DNA of 63,842 bases, filler included, from Thraustochytrium aureum (Eukaryota), in NCBI GenBank assembly GCA_012862495.1. It is 4 parts of 2 records of this genome, joined end to end, with 100 filler letters (N's around TTAATTAATTAA, not from the genome) between each part and the next. Parts side by side here need not be neighbours in the genome. Positions count along the whole stretch, not along the records: positions 17,942 to 48,358 come from BLSG01000379.1; positions 48,459 to 62,210 come from BLSG01000379.1; 2 more parts are not named here. One strand, 5' to 3'. The position numbers were made by a program, and so were the translations under genes. The notes below the pieces were generated by a model. The model saw nothing but the letters and a program-made list of their open reading frames with translations. It was not told the origin of the DNA and ran no database searches. This document shows, piece after piece, positions 44,311 through 57,213 of the stretch (position 1 is its first letter; every line of letters starts with the position of its first letter).

Positions 44311-47300
44311 TCATCGCTCTGCCTCTTGTACGGCCTCGAACTCGAAAATCTTCATCTTGGCCGCAGAAATCTCCTTGGCGAAATTCTTCGCGTTGCTCAC
44401 AAGTTGCTCTTCGAGCGCGGCAATGCGTTCGCGTGCGTCCTCGTCTACGCCCTCCGACTCTGGGCCGCGCGCCTCAGCCGCCTCCAGCTGTGCCTCAAGG
44501 TCCCTGACGCGCTCCTGGAGCGAGCTGTCGCCAATAAAGTCGCCTGCAAGTAGCTTGTCCTCGAGCTCGGCGTTGCGCAAGCGCAGGCGCTCGAGCTCTT
44601 CCTCGTACTGGTTTGCAGCGCCGCCCCCGTTTTCCCGCAGCTTGGACTCGAGCAGATCCTGAAGCTTGAGAATCACCTTTTCCTGGGCCTTGATAGTTGC
44701 CCGGAAAAGCCCGACCTGGGCATTCTCTTCTTGCAGCTCTTGGATGTACCGCGACTGCGCCGCGTGCGCTTTCTCCAGGCGCTCGTGCGCTTGCGCGAGA
44801 CCGCGGTGTGCCGCTGCCGCTTGCTGCAGGCCCTCGAGGCGCTGGACGATCTCCCCGTTCCGCTGCCGCTCGTTCGAGTACTTTTGCCCGAGGAGCGCGA
44901 CTCGTCGTTTCAGCTCAGCAGCGTCGCCAGAACTCATGGCGTCGACAGCCTCTGGGCTGGTCAAATCAAACGCCTCGCGCGAGGCCTGCCGTTCTGCTTG
45001 TTCGATCTGGGCGATAGCTTCATCACGCTCTGCCGCAGTTCGCTCATTCTCCTTGCGAAGGTCGACGATCTCCGCTCCGCATGCGCGAATGGCGTCAGAC
45101 CGCCTGTCCACCTCGGCGATCAGCCTGTCGATTAGGGCCTGCTTGTTGGCCGAGTCTGCTGTGAGGATCGCAACCCTCTCGCGCAGGCCCTCGGCCTCCT
45201 CAATCAATTGCGCGTGCTCCTGCCGTGACGCAGCTCGAGAGGGGCTAATAATACTTGATGGCGTTGTGTGCCCGTCGCCCTCGGGTTGGCCAGTGTCGTT
45301 CGCTTGCCGCAAAGCCGGCGTCGGGTCCCGCGACGGCGCGGGGGTCAGTTCTGGTGTCGGAACCATGCCTATCACAGCTCGCTCATCGGAAGGGTGNNNN
45401 NNNNNNNNNNNNNNNNNNNNNNNNNNNNNNNNNNNNNNNNNNNNNNNNNNNNNNNNNNNNNNNNNNNNNNNNNNNNNNNNNNNNNNNNNNNNNNNNNNNN
45501 NNNNNNNNNNNNNNNNNNNNNNNNNNNNNNNNNNNNNNNNNNNNNNNNNNNNNNNNNNNNNNNNAGACACTTCTGGCGAGACCGGAGACGCCGCCGCGCC
45601 TCCTCGAGGGCTCGGCGGGCCGCGTCGGGTCTTTCGCGCCTCCAGCTGAGCAGCGACGATCCCGTCAAGGTCCAGACCTAGGCTGGGGACGCTGGACGGC
45701 TCAGGGCTGGTGGCTTGCTCGCTCGATCGAGCCGTCAGGTCGGCCTTGAGCTTCTCAAGCTGTTCTTTCCTTCGCAGCTCGCGTGCTTGGCGGCGCTCTT
45801 CTTCCTTGGACAGGCGCTCCGTGTCGACATTGTCCTCGACCTTGTTCTGTACTTGCACGGCCTCCATCGACCGGACAAGGTGGGCTTTGTACGCCTCTGC
45901 GGACCAGACCAGAAACTCGACTTGGCAAACAGGTGGCCCCCTGCCGCTGCCGCCTTGGTCGTCTCTCCCCGTTGAGCCTGGCGAGCTGGGCTCGTCGCGT
46001 TCAAGGAGAGTACATGGGCCGTTTACCACCGCGCTAGACCCATCTAGCGGGCATCTGCTCAAGTCAAGCTCTGCGCGAGCGATGGCTTTTCCTGTCGAGC
46101 TGCTGCAAATGTGTACAGTGGCCGCGTGCTCAAAGACGCCCTCGCCCGCATTGAACTGCAAGTTGCACATCGTCCATTCTGGCTGCGCCGTCCTGCTGCG
46201 GCATGGCTCGGTGAGCTTGGCGTTTTTCTCGATGGCCCAGTCCTGCAAGGGCACCGAGCTCTCCCTCAAAGCGCCTCCATTGTCTTCGCTTGATTCGTCT
46301 TGTGCGCTGAGGTTTACAGCATTCTTGAGCGGCTTGCAGCTTCGAAAGCAGCCGTCCTTTCCGAGCGCTGCAAGCGCAGCGCTTTGGCTTCCAGAGATCA
46401 GCGCCAGGAGCCCCGTCTCCTCGCTTGGGAGAGACCCCTCCACTATCCGCACGCTTGCGACGCAGACCCGTCGAAGAGCAGCGTTTTCTTTGGAGCGCTG
46501 CTCGAAGAGGGCAAGCTCTTCGTTGAGTGAGGGCAGCATCTCTACGGATACCCGAAAAGGTTGCTGCCTTGAACCCGAGGTTCAAGTTGTACTGGTGCAG
46601 GCTTTGCATGTACCCAAACGCAAGCGTGGCGCCACCCACGCTGTCCCAGTCTGCACCTAGTCGCGCCCGTGCGCTTGCCTCAGCTTGGTACGGGTCCAGC
46701 GGGGCGCGGCGAACAAGGTCAAGCCTGAGTCCCTTGTTCGTCTCAAACGCGCGTGACTCGAGCCGCAAAAGCTGTGCCTCGTGCCACTCCCACGAAACCG
46801 GGTTTGCTGGGTCAAGCGGGCGGCCGGGTCGTGATGTTGCGGCAGGTTTGGGCCAGAGTCGGGCCAGCTGATCTCGCTGCGCACCGCCAGCTTCGCGGAA
46901 CGCCAGCATGGCCTGGTGGGCCTCTGCTGAAATAACTCTGGACTCGACGACAACCTCGCGTCCTTCCCGCGCCACACCGTGTGCTAGGGCCGAGTGAAGA
47001 AAAACCTTGCAAAGCCGCGTGTCCGGGTGGACCGAGAGGCGCGGCGCGGCGACACGGCCCCCCGCCTCGTCCGCTCCAGGCGCGAACCGAATCACAAGCT
47101 GCAGCTTTCCCACAACAATGTCCAGATTCTCGCCCCCCGGCTTTTTTGATTTGCGCGTCAGTGCCACGTCGTCGCATAATACGCGCTGACCGCCCTCCAG
47201 TTGTGGCAGCAGTGTCTTGATATCGATGACTCCGCTCCCAAGCAGCGATGGACTGCTGCTCGGCGCTGCGGGGTCTTGGCCCAGTCCGTCGCTGTCCTTT

Positions 47301-47548
47301 GCCGGCATTATCACGAACCCTCCGATGCGCAGGAAAAGCTCGCTTGATTCGCGCCGCAGAACGCGCGGGCTCATGACATCGCGCAGTTGCAGCCTAAACC
47401 TGTTGTTTTTGAACTCTGGCTTTTGGCTCGCCTCCGCGACCTCGGTCCGCAGCTTTTCGCCATTCTCGTTCAGCTGCAGCGACAAAAAGTAGTTGAGCGG
47501 CTTGGCAAACGTGGCCTTCACCACTTCCACCTCCAACACGTCGCCCAT
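44311..47548 (-). CDS. CCDC33: C2-domain and coiled-coil protein, CCDC33-like (frameshift near 46545, small gap)
   Basis: N-terminal C2-like LEVEVVKATF..YFLSLQL..LRTEV..PEF; further C2-like segments; C-terminal coiled coil LEKAHAAQSRYIQELQ..ATIKAQEKVILKLQDLL. Confidence 0.6.
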
Positions 47549-48402
47549 CCCGCCCCGCCCGGGAAGCGCTAGCAGTCCGCGGCGCGTTGTTTGCACGCCG
47601 CAGCCCACGTCGTGTCTTTGAGGGCGCCGGGGAGCTGCAGCGCGCAATCTCGCGTTCCTTGCGAGCGCCTAGCCGAGGCGTCGCGTGGCGTGCCCCATTG
47701 GGCGACTGACTGTCTGCCTGTATGTCTGACTGCTCCTGATCAGGGCGGAGCTCGTAGAGTTGACGGACAGTGGGCTCATGCGCAACGGTATGCTCCACGG
47801 TGTACACTCCGCTATTTTACGTTTGCCCAATTCCGCTCGCGCATCGCGGTTTGGCGCGCCGCGGATGCGTGTCTCCAGCCCATTGACTGCAGCTGCCCGA
47901 CGCGCTGCTCAGACAGCTTCAGTTACAGATGTACGTATGGCTGCCGCAGCTGGCGGCCTTCCGGTGATGCCGGTGATGTTGGCCGAGGTCGAGCGCCAGC
48001 TCTTACTCTGATGATGCCGAACCTAATAATGTATGCACTTACTCGAGTGCTGAGTACAGTGGCGTGGCGTAAGCGAAAGGTCGCAGCGCTCCAAGATGCT
48101 CGCGCGCTCCGCCGTCGCGCCGCTGTGCGCACATATCGCGCGCATTTCGTCGCACGACAACGGCGACCCTGGCAGTCGGTCCTCTCGCCGGAGCATCAAC
48201 TCTCCCTACAGAGAGCGAGCTTGAGCGTTCTACTTGCAAGATCTGGTCCGCATCCTGGAGCGCTAGAGCCGCAAGCCGGTCTTCGTGCGCGCGCAGCGCA
48301 GAGGGCCGCGCAGCACGCCCCCGTCGCGGAGCATCGACCAGCATCGGCGACCCTTGCTNNNNNNNNNNNNNNNNNNNNNNNNNNNNNNNNNNNNNNNNNN
48401 NN

Positions 48403-48414
48403 TTAATTAATTAA
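48403..48414. other. Artificial scaffold-joining linker
   Basis: TTAATTAATTAA in N run. Confidence 0.95.
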
Positions 48415-48458
48415 NNNNNNNNNNNNNNNNNNNNNNNNNNNNNNNNNNNNNNNNNNNN

Positions 48459-49646
48459 ATCCTCCAGATGATCCCTCGCTGGCTGCTGGGGAACAGCTTT
48501 TGGAGACGCTGGAGACGCCAGACTATTGGCGGAAGGTTTGCCCGCACCTGACCGTGAACGGCGAAGGCCGAGGTGGAGTGAAATGCGACGCGTGGGCAAG
48601 AGCCGAGGAGAAGCGCGACGAGCTCGCGGAAAACGGATTTTTCCACCTCGAGCGCGACGACCTCGGCATGACGGAGGAGCTCGCAGACGCCCTTGCCCTC
48701 GGCGTGGTTTTGCTCCTGCAAAACGGGTGGCCGGCCTCGTTCATCTTTGTGTTCGACGAAGCGTGGCACGCCATCGAGCGCGCCTCAGGGCGAATCCAGA
48801 GCGCGAGTGGAGGGAGCGAGTTCTTGGGCGACTTGTACGCCTGGTATGTGGACCCAGATCGCCACAAAAGGGCTGGGGCCCGCATCGCGACAGAATGGGC
48901 TCGGGCCCGGGGTCCTTCCGGGCAGACGGAACTCCGCGTCTGAGCACGACGTGGCTCGCGCTCACGGACGCGGGACCAACAACTCGTGCATGTACGTCGT
49001 GCCAAGACAGGCGGACCCGTTCTACGTCCTGCAAGACCTGCCAGACGTGGACCCGCTTGAAGCCATCTTCAAAGGCAACCCGTGCGCATACCAGAGCATC
49101 AGGGCCCTGCCATGCCCAAAGGGCTGCGCCTGGCACTTTTCGCACAAGATTATCCACTGGGGCTCGCACGTTGAGCGCCGCTCGTCGGCGCACGCTCAGC
49201 CAAAGGTGCCGAGGATCGCGATGAGCTGGGTGGTCGGGGACAGCTCATTTGAGGACGCCGCCTTCTCGCGCGAGATGCTGCCGCAGCCCCCGCTCAGCAC
49301 GCGCGTCGCCTTCGTCGCTGGCCAGCAGATCGCCTATGGAGGCCAGACCGGCTTGCGGCGCGGCTTCAAGTCGCTCTGCTTTCGCGTGTTCAAGCGCCAC
49401 GCGAGCGCGTTCAGCGAGTTTTACCGCGACAAGGTCGAGTTTATCTTTTACTGCCGGCCGCCTCCGCCGCAAGAGGTGCACTTAAAGGAGAGCACCAAGG
49501 TGAAGGATCCTGTGGACGTTTCGCAGCTCGAGTTCGCCACGCCCCAGGACGACTCGAAGCTGGACGGTTTGCTCGGCATGTTTGGCGCCGACTCGTCCTC
49601 GGACGAGGAAGCGGAGGAGGGGCTCTCGGGGGCCGAGCAAGACTAG
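48459..49646 (+). CDS. Phytanoyl-CoA dioxygenase (PhyH)-like 2OG-Fe(II) oxygenase (frameshifts near 48868 and 48975)
   Basis: LAENGFF; GWGPHRD (HxD); TTWLALTDA; NSCMYVVP; FSHKIIHWGS (distal His); PRIAMSW (2OG Arg). Confidence 0.82.
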
Positions 49647-49787
49647 CTCAAGCTCTCTCTCTCCACGTAGAGCGAGGGCGAGATGAACCACCAACCAACC
49701 AAGTATAAAACAAAAGGGACATGCTTGCTCGTTGTAAGGGTTACTTTTTGGCTGCTTCACTTCTGTCGGTGTCCGACAGGCCGGCGC

Positions 49788-52700
49788 CTACTTGTCGCTC
49801 GACGTGAGAAGCGCCATCGAGTTTTCAAGCACCGAAGCACCGCCCGCCTCCTGGTCCGCGTCGAACTGGTGCTTGGACAACTCGATGAAAATTTGCTCCA
49901 AGTTCATCAGCGCCACCGAGTAAAACTCGACGGAGAGGTCCTCGCGCGCACCTTCCACAAGGCTGAACAGGCGGGCCAGGTTCTTCGTGTTGGAGGCCAT
50001 GTCCGTGACCGGAAAGTGCATCTTGACGCGGCCGACGAGGCTCTCGAGCACCGTGGGCTGCAGGCCCTGCTTTTGGAAGAAGGCAACCGCCCTCTCCTCG
50101 CAGTCGGCGGGACTGTCAGGCTTGAAGGTGAGCTCCAGAAAGTTTTTGTTGCAGTGCTTCTCCTTGAGTCGGTTGACCGTTCCTGTGGTGATCATCTCGC
50201 CGTCAATCATGATGCCCACCCGCTTGGCGAGCTCTTGAGCCTCGTCCATGTAGTGCGTCGAGAGGAGGATTGCCGGCAGCTTCATCGCGGCCAGGCGCTC
50301 CTCGTCCACGCCGTCGTTCAGCTCTGGCTTGAGCACGCTCCAGAGCATGTGGCGCGCCCCCGGGTCGACCCCGGTCGAAATCTCGTCAAAGAGGCACAGC
50401 TCGGGAAACCCGATGAGCGCCATCGCAAGGCACAGCTTTCGCTTGTACCCGCCGCTCAGGTACCTGGAAGGCTTGGAGCGGTGCGTGCCAAGCCCGAGCA
50501 TCGCCTCCACAGCGTCGAGGTGGCGCCGCGTGCCCGGCGCGCTGGGGTCGAGGCCCCGCAACCGAGCGACAAAGTCAAAGTGCTCGGCCACGGTGAGGTT
50601 GGGGAAGATAGTGTCCGACTGCGAGCAGTACGAGACCATCCCGCCGCGATAGAGCGCGTTGTACGCTGCCGAAGTGGTCTCCTCCTGGCCCCCCATCACC
50701 ACTTGGCCGCCGTCCGGCAGGAGGTCGCGCGTCGCCACCTTGAGGATTGTCGACTTGCCGGCGCCGTTTGGCCCGAGCAGCACGAAGAGCTCGTTGGGCT
50801 TGATGCCAAAGCTGAGCCCCTTGACCGCCAACTTGGTCCCATACTGCTCCTCGAACGGGTCCTTGCAGCACACGAGCCATCGGAGCCAGTACGTCAAGTC
50901 GATGTACCGAAACTTGAACGCAGACGTGTCTGGCGCGACCTTGAACGTTTTCACGACGTCGCGCGCGTTGATGCCCTCTGTAGACTCGAACGCGAGCTCA
51001 CGCTCGGCCAGCACGTCGGGGTCTGAGCTCACCGTGGCCGTCCTGTCTCCACCCGAGCCGTGCGCCTCGTTCGAGCGGATCTGCAACATCACCACGACAG
51101 AGCAAAGCATGCTCATCACAATCATAAGCATCACGCAGAGCAAAATGCGAGACTCCCAAGCAAAGACAGTGGACCAAGTCACACTTGGGTCGTCATACTC
51201 GTTCGACATGCCAAGGATGCTCTGCAATCCGCGCTGGAAGGCCATCGGCGGGATAATGCACAGCAGATCGCCAATCAAGGTCACGGTGTCAGGTTCCACG
51301 TTGCTCAGCGCCACGGAGAAGAGCATGAACGGCAGGATGGTGATCGCGACATAGATGAACGGGAACCAGTTCTTGGCTTGCTCGATGGTTTGGAAAAGCG
51401 GCTCGAACATCATGCCGAACGGGAGCACGGCGAGGCAGTAGGACACCATCAGGAGGATGAATGCCAGCCAGCGCCCCCCGCTGCCTGCGAGCGGGTTTTG
51501 CAAAGCAAGAGCGAGCGTGACGGCGATGACCAAGAACGGGATGAACGAAATCACCAAGGTCTGCAGAGCCACGCCAGCGTACGTGACCGCGCGCGACACC
51601 CCCATCAGCCGGAACACGCTGTACAGTTGGTATTCCTTGTAGAACGCCAGGTCGATCACGAGAAACGCAAGCGGCATGAAGCCGATCCCGAGGAACATGG
51701 GCAGCAGGAACGGGAGGATGGGAAAGTCCTCCACGGGGACGAACGGCAGGGGGACGAGCGTGGTGTGAACCGAGGCGTTCGAGTCCGCTGCCGCAAAGGT
51801 GTAGTTGGCCATCAGGCTGTGCAGCACGGGGGGCGACTGCGTCATGGTTCCGTTGAACATGAGCGTCGCGTTGGCCGCGAGGATGCCCCCCAGATTGAAG
51901 ACCTTGTGCGGGTCGTCCGGGAGAAACGATTCCACGCTGGGGCCCTGGGGTCGCGGCAGAAAGCGAAATCCCCTCAGGCGCTTCCCAGCTGCTCAAAGGA
52001 GGAACACCAAAGACGGCTGCCACTGGCGCCGTCCGGTCCGGCACAAAGATTGCGCTTGGCTCGATTTCGATTGACGGCGGGTACTCGGTTCTGTCACCGG
52101 ACAGGAAAAACCCAGCGATGAACCCGCCAGCCATGTACGCGATCGGCATCAGGATGCTAAAAATGATTGTCTCGGTGTCGCGGCGGCTCTGGCGCGCGGT
52201 GACTTTGGCAATCACCACGACGCGCTGCCACCAGGAGATCGCCTTGCGCCCCTCTGTCTCCTTTTCGGACCAGATGTGGCCCACGGTATCCGCGGGGGAA
52301 TCCACTTGGACGTGGTGCTCGCCAGCGTCGGCACCGTCCTCGCCCTCCTCGCCCTCCTCACCGGTCCCCTCGGCCCCCGTTGCGAGGAACACTTGCTCCA
52401 GAGTGGTTAGGTCTACAGACACCGCAGAGCAGCCCTCGTCGTGGAGGGCGTTCAGGAGGCGCGGGAACTTGGGCTCGGTTTCGTGGGCGAGCATCCACGC
52501 ATGCACCTCGGTTTGGTTGCTGCTCGGCGCATGGACGCTCTTGAGCGAGGCCGACTCGATCACCTTTGTCACGAGAGCCTTGGCTTCCGCGGAGCGGCCT
52601 TTGGAGACCGTGTAGGTGAGCGTGTAGCCCGCGCCAAACTTGTGCTTGAGGAAGAGGCTGGAGCCCTGTGCCACGAGGTGGCCCTTGTTGAGGATGCCGA

Positions 52701-54957
52701 TCCTGTCGCTGAGGAGGTCGGCCTCGTCCATAAAGTGCGTCGTGAGGATGATGCTCCTTCCTACTTTGGCCTCGGCGATCATGGTCCACACTTGGCGGCG
52801 GTTGTACGGGTCCATGCCAGCGGTGGGCTCGTCCATGAAGACGACCTCCGGATCGCCCAGCAGANNNNNNNNNNNNNNNNNNNNNNNNNNNNNNNNNNNN
52901 NNNNNNNNNNNNNNNNNNNNNNNNNNNNNNNNNNNNNNNNNNNNNNNNNNNNNNNNNNNNNNNNNNNNNNNNNNNNNNNNNNNNGAGATGGCGATGCTCA
53001 CCTTGCGCTTCATGCCCCCCGAGTAGGTCTTTACAGCATTGTCCTCGTCGCCGGCCGACGTGAACTTGACGTCGTCGAGGCGGCGCTGCACCTCGGCCTC
53101 GATCGCCTCCTTGTGGCTCTGGCCAGGCGCGATGGCGATCCCACCCTTGAGCTCCGCGAAGAGGCGCAGGTGCTCGCGGCACGAGAGGTCTTCGAACAGG
53201 ATGTCATGCTGCGGGCAGACCCCGATCCTGGTGCGGATTAAGTTGTCGTTCCCAGTGCCCACAGTGAGCGAGCTGTGGCGAAATCGAAACTCGGCTGATC
53301 CACCGTCGTGAAGGAGCTCGCCGGAGAGGATGCTGATCGCCGTGGTCTTGCCCGCGCCATTGTGGCCGAGGAAACCGAACACTTCGCCGCGACAGACCTG
53401 CATGTCCAAGCCCTTGAGTGTACGCGTGACAATGGGGCGCTTGCAAGCCCCCTGGGGGGTCTCAAACTTCTTTTGCAGGTTGACCACGTTGAGCACGATA
53501 TCCGCGTCCGCCGGAAGCGGCTCCAGGTTCTCGTTGGTGCGGCTCGCTGCCTGGGCAGAGCGGTCCTCGTCCGGGTTGTGCGAGATGCGCGTTCGCTTGG
53601 GAGCGTTGAGCTGGTACACCAAGAGCAGGTAAAAGATGATCCCCCCGACTTGCGCGGCAACAAGGCCGGGAATGTTCGCAGCGACCGCAGTCTCCGTTGT
53701 GACGCCCTTGCCAAAGCCGATCCAGTCCCACTCGACGTACACCGCGGCGACGTGAAAAGTCGCCCACCACGGGTTGACGACAGTCATGATGCAGCGAATC
53801 GCGAAGGGCATGTCGTTCATGATGACGGGGATGTAGACGGCCGACGAGATGATCCAAGCCAGAAACGGCACGATTGAAGCCACTTGCTCAGTCTTGACGA
53901 ACACGGGGATGAGCACGACAAAGCCCGCAAACTGCACGAAAAACAGCCAGGTGTTCACAAAGAGCAAGCCGCCGTTCGCGAGCGGGGCGAACTTGAACAG
54001 AATGAAGACAATCGTGTACGTGATGGCGGAGAAGACCATGCCCGCAGAGAACACCACGATCCAATGCGCCCAGTAAACGAATCGCGGCACGCCCAACAGG
54101 ACAAACTGCCGCACAACCTGGAGGCGCTGGTCACGAATCAGTGGCGTGACGTAAAAGTTGAGCATGAACATAACCCCGACGCACATGTAAAACCCGGGGA
54201 GCCAAACAATGAACCACTGCGGTGAGCCGGGGTTTTCGATGAGCGGGAGGGCTTGGACAAATGCCCAGGACCCCGGAGCCGTTGGGGCCGTGAAGGGATC
54301 AACGCCCTCCAAGACCATGAGCGCTTCGTCGACGGCCCGCTGGATGCCAAGAAATCCAGAGGATCCGTGCTTTTGGTAGTCTCGACTGTTGCTGTCCAAA
54401 ATGGTGCTCGGCACGGACGACCCGTTGAGGAAAACACTGTACTTGTAGTCTGGCGCGCCCGCGGAGAGGTAGATCCCAGCCATGAACGAGCCCCACTCGG
54501 CCTGAGTGCACCGCTCCTTGAAGTCGCTCTCGTCCTCGACGTCGTCCAAAATGCGCAGCTCGCCCTCGTCGGTCTTGTTGAGGGCCACCATGGCTTCCGC
54601 TACGTCGTTAGCCAGGCCGCTGATTGGGCTGGCAAGCCAAATCTTGGTGGAGCCCTCAATCCACGGAACGGCGAGGCTGTCCATCGCGGCTGGAATGCTG
54701 AAAAACTCCATGGGGATGCCGGGAAACGTGTTGATTGTGGCGTTCGACTCTCGGTAAAACGAATTGTAGGCGCTCAGGTTGCTCAGCCCGTAGAGGCACA
54801 AGAACGCTGCGCCGAGGAACGTCCGCAGCAAAAAGTTGCCTGGCGCCTTGACATCCACGCGGACCTGCTTCACCACCAGCGTGGCGAGCTGCCTCGCGCC
54901 AGTCGGCGTCGGCGTGCGCCGCACGGTGTCATCGTCCGCGACCTTCATCTTGCCCAT
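49788..54957 (-). CDS. ABCA: Full-size ABCA transporter (frameshift near 51940, small gap)
   Basis: Two TMD-NBD halves: FLGHNGAGKTT, YSGGMKRK, MDEPTAGMDP, LTTHFMDEAD; LLGPNGAGKST, LSGGYKRK, FDEISTGVDP, STHYMDEA. Confidence 0.94.
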
Positions 54958-56416
54958 CCCCCCTTGCTCCCTTCTCGAGGCCAGCTCCAGCGCCAGCGCT
55001 CTTCGCCGCCAGGCTGCTCTTCCTCGCACGTTCCCCTCGCGCTGCTCGCAAGCCTCCTGTTCGTTTCGGGTCTGCCTGCCTGCCTGCCTGCCNNNNNNNN
55101 NNNNNNNNNNNNNNNNNNNNNNNNNNNNNNNNNNNNNNNNNNNNNNNNNNNNNNNNNNNNNNNNNNNNNNNNNNNNNNNNNNNNNNNNNNNNNNNNNNNN
55201 NNNNNNNNNNNNNNNNNNNNNNNNNNNNNNNNNNNNNNNNNNNNNNNNNNNNNNNNNNNNNNNNNNNNNNNNNNNNNNNNNNNNNNNNNNNNNNNNNNNN
55301 NNNNNNNNNNNNNNNNNNNNNNNNNNNNNNNNNNNNNNNNNNNNNNNNNNNNNNNNNNNNNNNNNNNNNNNNNNNNNNNNNNNNNNNNNNNNNNNNNNNN
55401 NNNNNNNNNNNNNNNNTTCTAAAAGGAAAACTCTGCTTCGTTACAAGGTGCCAGGCCCTCACACTACTTGTAAACGCACGAAAAAAAGAAAAAAAAGTCG
55501 AAGAACAAGCAGTACCTAGGTAGGGTTTGGCCGGAATCCGGCTCTTCGCGATGCCCATCATCTCGCTCGCGCTCGCTCGACACAGTCCGCCAGCAGCAGC
55601 CGTGCGAACGCCGAGCGTGCGTGCGTGCGGCAGGCCCGTGGGTACTCTACTCTGCAGCGGTTACTCTGCCGCGGCTCTATTTGGCAGGCAGGACTCGGCA
55701 GCGCAACTGCGCCTTCTGTTCTGGTTGTTGGTGGGTTTGTGTCCAGCGGGTTTCAGGTGGTAGTGAATGCGTTCGGTTTCATCGGCGCGGTGGTGGTGAA
55801 TTGTGAGGCGAGCTGGACGGACCGCCATGAGTCCAGCCTGCTGGCTTGACATGGCGCCGTGCGTGCATGCGTGCCGCGGCGCTGGTGGGTAAGGTTCACT
55901 ACTGCTTGTGGAACGCCTTTGTCGCTTGGTCGCCATGCACCGGATGCTGCGCCCAACGCATGGCACCAAGCCTCCTCGGCAGTAGGATGGTTTTTTGCCC
56001 TTTGGCGAGGTCCAGTTTCTTGGCACAAGGTGTGCAAGGCGACAGCATGGCGGCGGATCACAGCAGTAGTAGTACTCTACGTACCTACTCGAGTAGAGTA
56101 CGGTACACTACGGCACTCTTCGACGATCAACCGAGTCCCAACACCTGGTGATCGACCGCGTCGAGACCTCCACAAGCACACCAACCCAAGATGCAGGACA
56201 AACGCGGCCTTATCGAAGGGGGAGGACGATGAACATGTAGGCCTATGCCATGGCAGGCACGGCCCTCCAACGGGCAAGATTGCGGCCCTCCAATTGGGCA
56301 TTAGCAGACCAGCGCAGCTCATGATGGAAGACCGAGGCGTCTGGCCGGGCAGTGCACAAGGCCAGGACGGACGACGAAGCAGTTGATTATTTCGTTTCTT
56401 CGAAAGATTTGCCAGG

Positions 56417-57213
56417 CTATTCGTCATCGTCTTCGTAGCTTTCGTCGTCGCTTTCTTCGTCGACTGCGTCTTGATGGAAGGTCTCCTCGTCCTCCTCCTC
56501 CTCGCTGCTGCATCCTTCCAACTGGACCACAACGCCACCCCCGCTCTCCTCCTCGTCGTCAAGGACGATCGGATTGGCACTAGTTCCTCGCTCAACCGCA
56601 TCAGCCGCGCGAGGCGAGCGCGACGAGGAGGTCGAACCGCCGCCCCATTGCATCCCGCTAAACATGTGCTGTGGCAGAGGGTCCGAAACGGCAAAGTCCC
56701 GCCGAACCCCTCGCGTGTACAGCTCAGAGGCCAGCAAGTCCAGCAACGGGGTGAAGGCGGCTTGGCCAGGGTGTTGTAGCGCGCGAAAGGACTCGCCGAA
56801 TCCCATTTCACCGCCTTGGCCGTCGCGCAGGAGAAAGTGAAGCGCGGCATGATTCGTGTGCGCGTAGTCTCTGAAAGGCACGGCGGCGACGGGCTGGCCC
56901 GGATACATTCCCCGCGGCATCACTGTCCGGTGCACGTAGCTCATGTGCAAGCCAGCGGCCCGCGCTTGCAACGAAACCTGGTCCATAAAGTCGTGAAAAT
57001 CCTCCTCGCTGTCTTCCTCTTCGGCGGCCTCCTCTCGCGCAAGGGTCTGCTCGAGCTCGCGCTGCGCCACCTTTTTGGAGACGCCAGACTTGGAGGAAGT
57101 GACGCGCTTAACTGCGGCCTTGCAGTGTGGGCAGCGACAACTGCGCTGCAGCCACTGGTCGATGCAGGACAGGCAAAAAATGTGCGCGCAACAGTCCAGC
57201 AAACCCCTCTCCT
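56417..57213 (-). CDS. RING (C3HC4) finger protein with acidic tail (5' end in gap)
   Basis: LDCCAHIFCLSCIDQW..CRCPHCK; SUMO-interaction-like PIVLDDEEE. Confidence 0.8.
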
